Assembly: GCA_964459665.1 (NCBI GenBank) | Contig: CAYWNO010000002.1 | Coordinates: 1 to 27,464 of the forward strand | Direction of reading: 5' to 3' | Source: an uncultured Methanosarcinales archaeon | Lineage (GTDB): Archaea; Nanobdellota; Nanobdellia; Woesearchaeales; GW2011-AR4 | Length of the DNA: 27,464 nucleotides | In this document: piece after piece, positions 25,439 through 27,464 of the stretch | How positions within the stretch are numbered: position 1 is the stretch's first letter | Layout: every line of letters starts with the position of its first letter | Notes under the pieces: generated by a model | The model's input: the letters and a program-made list of their open reading frames with translations, nothing else | Told to the model about the DNA's origin: nothing | Databases searched by the model: none | Position numbers and translations under genes: made by a program

Positions 25439-25485
25439 TATAAGTTGAAAAATTCGCTTGAAAAGCGAATTTTTCAAACTTCTCT
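25439..25485. repeat. Family-1 palindrome
   Basis: Inverted near-copy of 14023-14069. Confidence 0.9.
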
Positions 25486-25545
25486 ATTCTTTTTATAATT
25501 TCAAAATAGAAATATTTAAATATTACTATTAAAATAATATTATTT

Positions 25546-25716
25546 ATGGCGAAAATCTCAAGCACCGGAAAGCAGTTTACTATTACAGTTCCAAAAGAAT
25601 TGATGAAAATAATGGGATGGGATGAGCATACTGAAATTATAATCAGCAAGTATCCTCAGAAAAGCGTAGTGTACATAGAAAAGATTGGAGATGAAAAGCA
25701 AAATGCCAAAAAATAA
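25546..25716 (+). CDS. AbrB/MazE/SpoVT-family DNA-binding protein (56 aa; absent from the ORF track)
   Basis: MAKISSTGKQFTITVPKELMKIMGWDEHTEIIISKYPQKSVVYIEKIGDEKQNAKK fits the Q-x-x-I-T-V-P-K-E...GW pattern. Confidence 0.8.
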   Translation: MAKISSTGKQFTITVPKELMKIMGWDEHTEIIISKYPQKSVVYIEKIGDEKQNAKK

Positions 25717-27464
25717 CGAGGACTTTGGAAAAATCAATTTTTTAGTCGAACGCGTGCGAGCGAACCCGATTCGCTCGCATGTCCCAAAATTGATTTTTTC
25801 ACATTTTATTCTTGCATTAGTGCTGGCAAGCTCCGCCTTTGGAGCGCCTAACTCAATGAGCGTGCAAGGCAGGCTTACGAATCCTTCCGGGGTAATACAG
25901 ACAGGAGCTTTTAATTTTACTTTCAGGATTTATGACAATTTCACAGGCGGAAATATGCTCTATGAGACGAACATATCATCAGCTACCGATTCAAGAGGCA
26001 TTTATGACCTTGTCCTTAAGGATGTAAATGTTACATTTGAGAACCAGCTTTACCTTGCCGTCAAAATCAACAATGATTCCGAGATGGAGCCAAGAGCCAA
26101 CCTAACCAGCGTGCCTTACAGCTTTAGGGCCAATATCTCCGAAGACTTAAATAGGAATAAAAGCTATACAGTAGCAGGCTTGAATACAACTGGAAATTTA
26201 AGCGTGGGCGATAAAATAGTCTTTAGCCTGGGCCAGCTTATTGACAATTTGGTTAGCGGATGGGTAAAGCTAACAGGTGCGCTTAACATAACAGGCGGAT
26301 TATTTGTCGGAGGGGGCTTGAATGTATCCGGGGATTTTGGGGTTAATCAAAATCTAAATATATCCTCTGCAACGGGAGATTTGCGCACATCCGGCTCTAT
26401 AAACGCCTCAGGCACGATACAGGGCGCAACCTTATCCGACGGAAGCGCGACAATCACAGGAGGCGCTGTAAGGGCAAGCCAAGTACATGTTGGCGGAGGC
26501 TTTTCAACGGGCGGCTTAACAATCCAAAGCGACGGAAACATATTGACTCAGGGCGATGTGCTGTTTTCCGGAAACGTAACCATCCTTAATGTGACTTTAT
26601 TGAGCGTTAACGGAAGCGTAATTCCGGGAGTTGATAATTCCTTTGACATAGGCAATTCAAGCTTCAGGTGGAGAAATGCAAACTTCTCGGGAACGGTAGG
26701 CGCCGCAACTCTGGACGGGCTTAATGTCCTTGTTAACGGAAACAGCGTGCAGGTTGAATCAAGCGCATTCAAAACAAGCAATTTTACCTCATCTTATGAT
26801 GCAAGAAGCGAAAGGTTTTCCTATCAAAACCTAACAAGGATAGGAAGCATAGACATCAACTCAAGCGGAAGCCTTAACATATCCGGAAACATTACATTTA
26901 TCCAGCTAAAAAACTGCAACACAATAGACACCGACTCGAATGGAGTTCTTACCTGCGGAATTGACGCATCCAGCGACTCTGTTGGCTTTAATTTGGCTAA
27001 CTATTCTGCCGAGTACGCTTCAACAGGATTTAAGATTTCCAATGGAACTGCCTTGCCTTTCAGCAATTTCTTGCTTTCCAATGTGAGCAACGATACTTTA
27101 AGGATAAGCGGCAACGCTTCAGTCTCTTTGTGGAATGCAAGCGGAAGCAATATTTATCCAAGGGATATAAGCGGCAACGTCGGGATTGGGACGACGGGAC
27201 CTCAGAACAGATTAGAGGTAATTGGAGCGACTACTTTGGCTGGCGGGGTAAATGCCTCTTCATTAAACGTTACAGGCTTCAGCATTACCGATGATAGCTT
27301 GGTAACACTTGCAGATGGAAGCAAGAAAAAAATAAAAGACATTATTGCTGGAGAAGAAGTGCTGACTTTGGATGAAAAAACCGGCAAGCTTGTTGCGAGG
27401 AAAGTAAATGCTTTGCTTGACCACGGCATTAAGCCGATTTATGAGATGGCTACAGAGGATGGAA
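25703..27464 (+). CDS. Large secreted fibre/adhesin-like protein with a Hint domain, 3'-truncated (absent from the ORF track)
   Basis: Hand translation finds no stop over 587 codons. Signal FILALVLASSAFG-A; QGRLTN...FRIYD...LTSVPYSFRA domain; Gly/Asn/Ser beta repeats; GNVGIGTTGPQNRLEVIG; SITDDSLVTLADG...GEEVLTLD...GIKPIYEMATEDG from 27281. Start codon uncertain. Confidence 0.85.
   Translation, partial: MPKNNEDFGKINFLVERVRANPIRSHVPKLIFSHFILALVLASSAFGAPNSMSVQGRLTNPSGVIQTGAFNFTFRIYDNFTGGNMLYETNISSATDSRGIYDLVLKDVNVTFENQLYLAVKINNDSEMEPRANLTSVPYSFRANISEDLNRNKSYTVAGLNTTGNLSVGDKIVFSLGQLIDNLVSGWVKLTGALNITGGLFVGGGLNVSGDFGVNQNLNISSATGDLRTSGSINASGTIQGATLSDGSATITGGAVRASQVHVGGGFSTGGLTIQSDGNILTQGDVLFSGNVTILNVTLLSVNGSVIPGVDNSFDIGNSSFRWRNANFSGTVGAATLDGLNVLVNGNSVQVESSAFKTSNFTSSYDARSERFSYQNLTRIGSIDINSSGSLNISGNITFIQLKNCNTIDTDSNGVLTCGIDASSDSVGFNLANYSAEYASTGFKISNGTALPFSNFLLSNVSNDTLRISGNASVSLWNASGSNIYPRDISGNVGIGTTGPQNRLEVIGATTLAGGVNASSLNVTGFSITDDSLVTLADGSKKKIKDIIAGEEVLTLDEKTGKLVARKVNALLDHGIKPIYEMATEDG
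25723..25800. repeat. Family-2 'filled' palindromic element (78 bp), within the reading frame of the next gene
   Basis: Contains TGCGAGCGAA-CCCGA-TTCGCTCGCA; 60 bp identical to 16330-16389. Confidence 0.9.

Overview
Archaeal chromosomal window, most likely DPANN and Woesearchaeota-like. This is an inference from the split RNA polymerase genes, BHB-intron tRNAs and surface-protein repertoire. From 0.2 to 11 kb: two adjacent tRNAs (Asp-GTC, Lys-TTT) that each carry three BHB introns, then rpoH-rpoB''-rpoB'-[AT-rich ORF]-rpoA'' (510-aa LAGLIDADG intein)-[AT-rich secreted ORF]-rpoA', so A'' precedes A'. An intron-containing tRNA-Gln follows. From 11 to 20 kb: Lhr helicase with a non-canonical Walker A, Zn-ribbon protein, lipoprotein, MNT-HEPN fusion, DUF483-like protein, TrmB regulator and an S-layer-like protein. 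From 20 to 27.5 kb: a surface-protein cluster with two small AbrB-type genes missed by the ORF track, ending in a truncated fibre/adhesin-like gene with a Hint domain. The most unusual signal is a dense, modular set of palindromic repeats. It includes TATA-bounded MITE-like elements, short stop-codon-proximal palindromes and a 60-bp exact repeat. Family members appear to sit in frame in gene N-termini, and one resembles the stem inside a tRNA intron. All alignments and folds were done by eye; no database searches were run.
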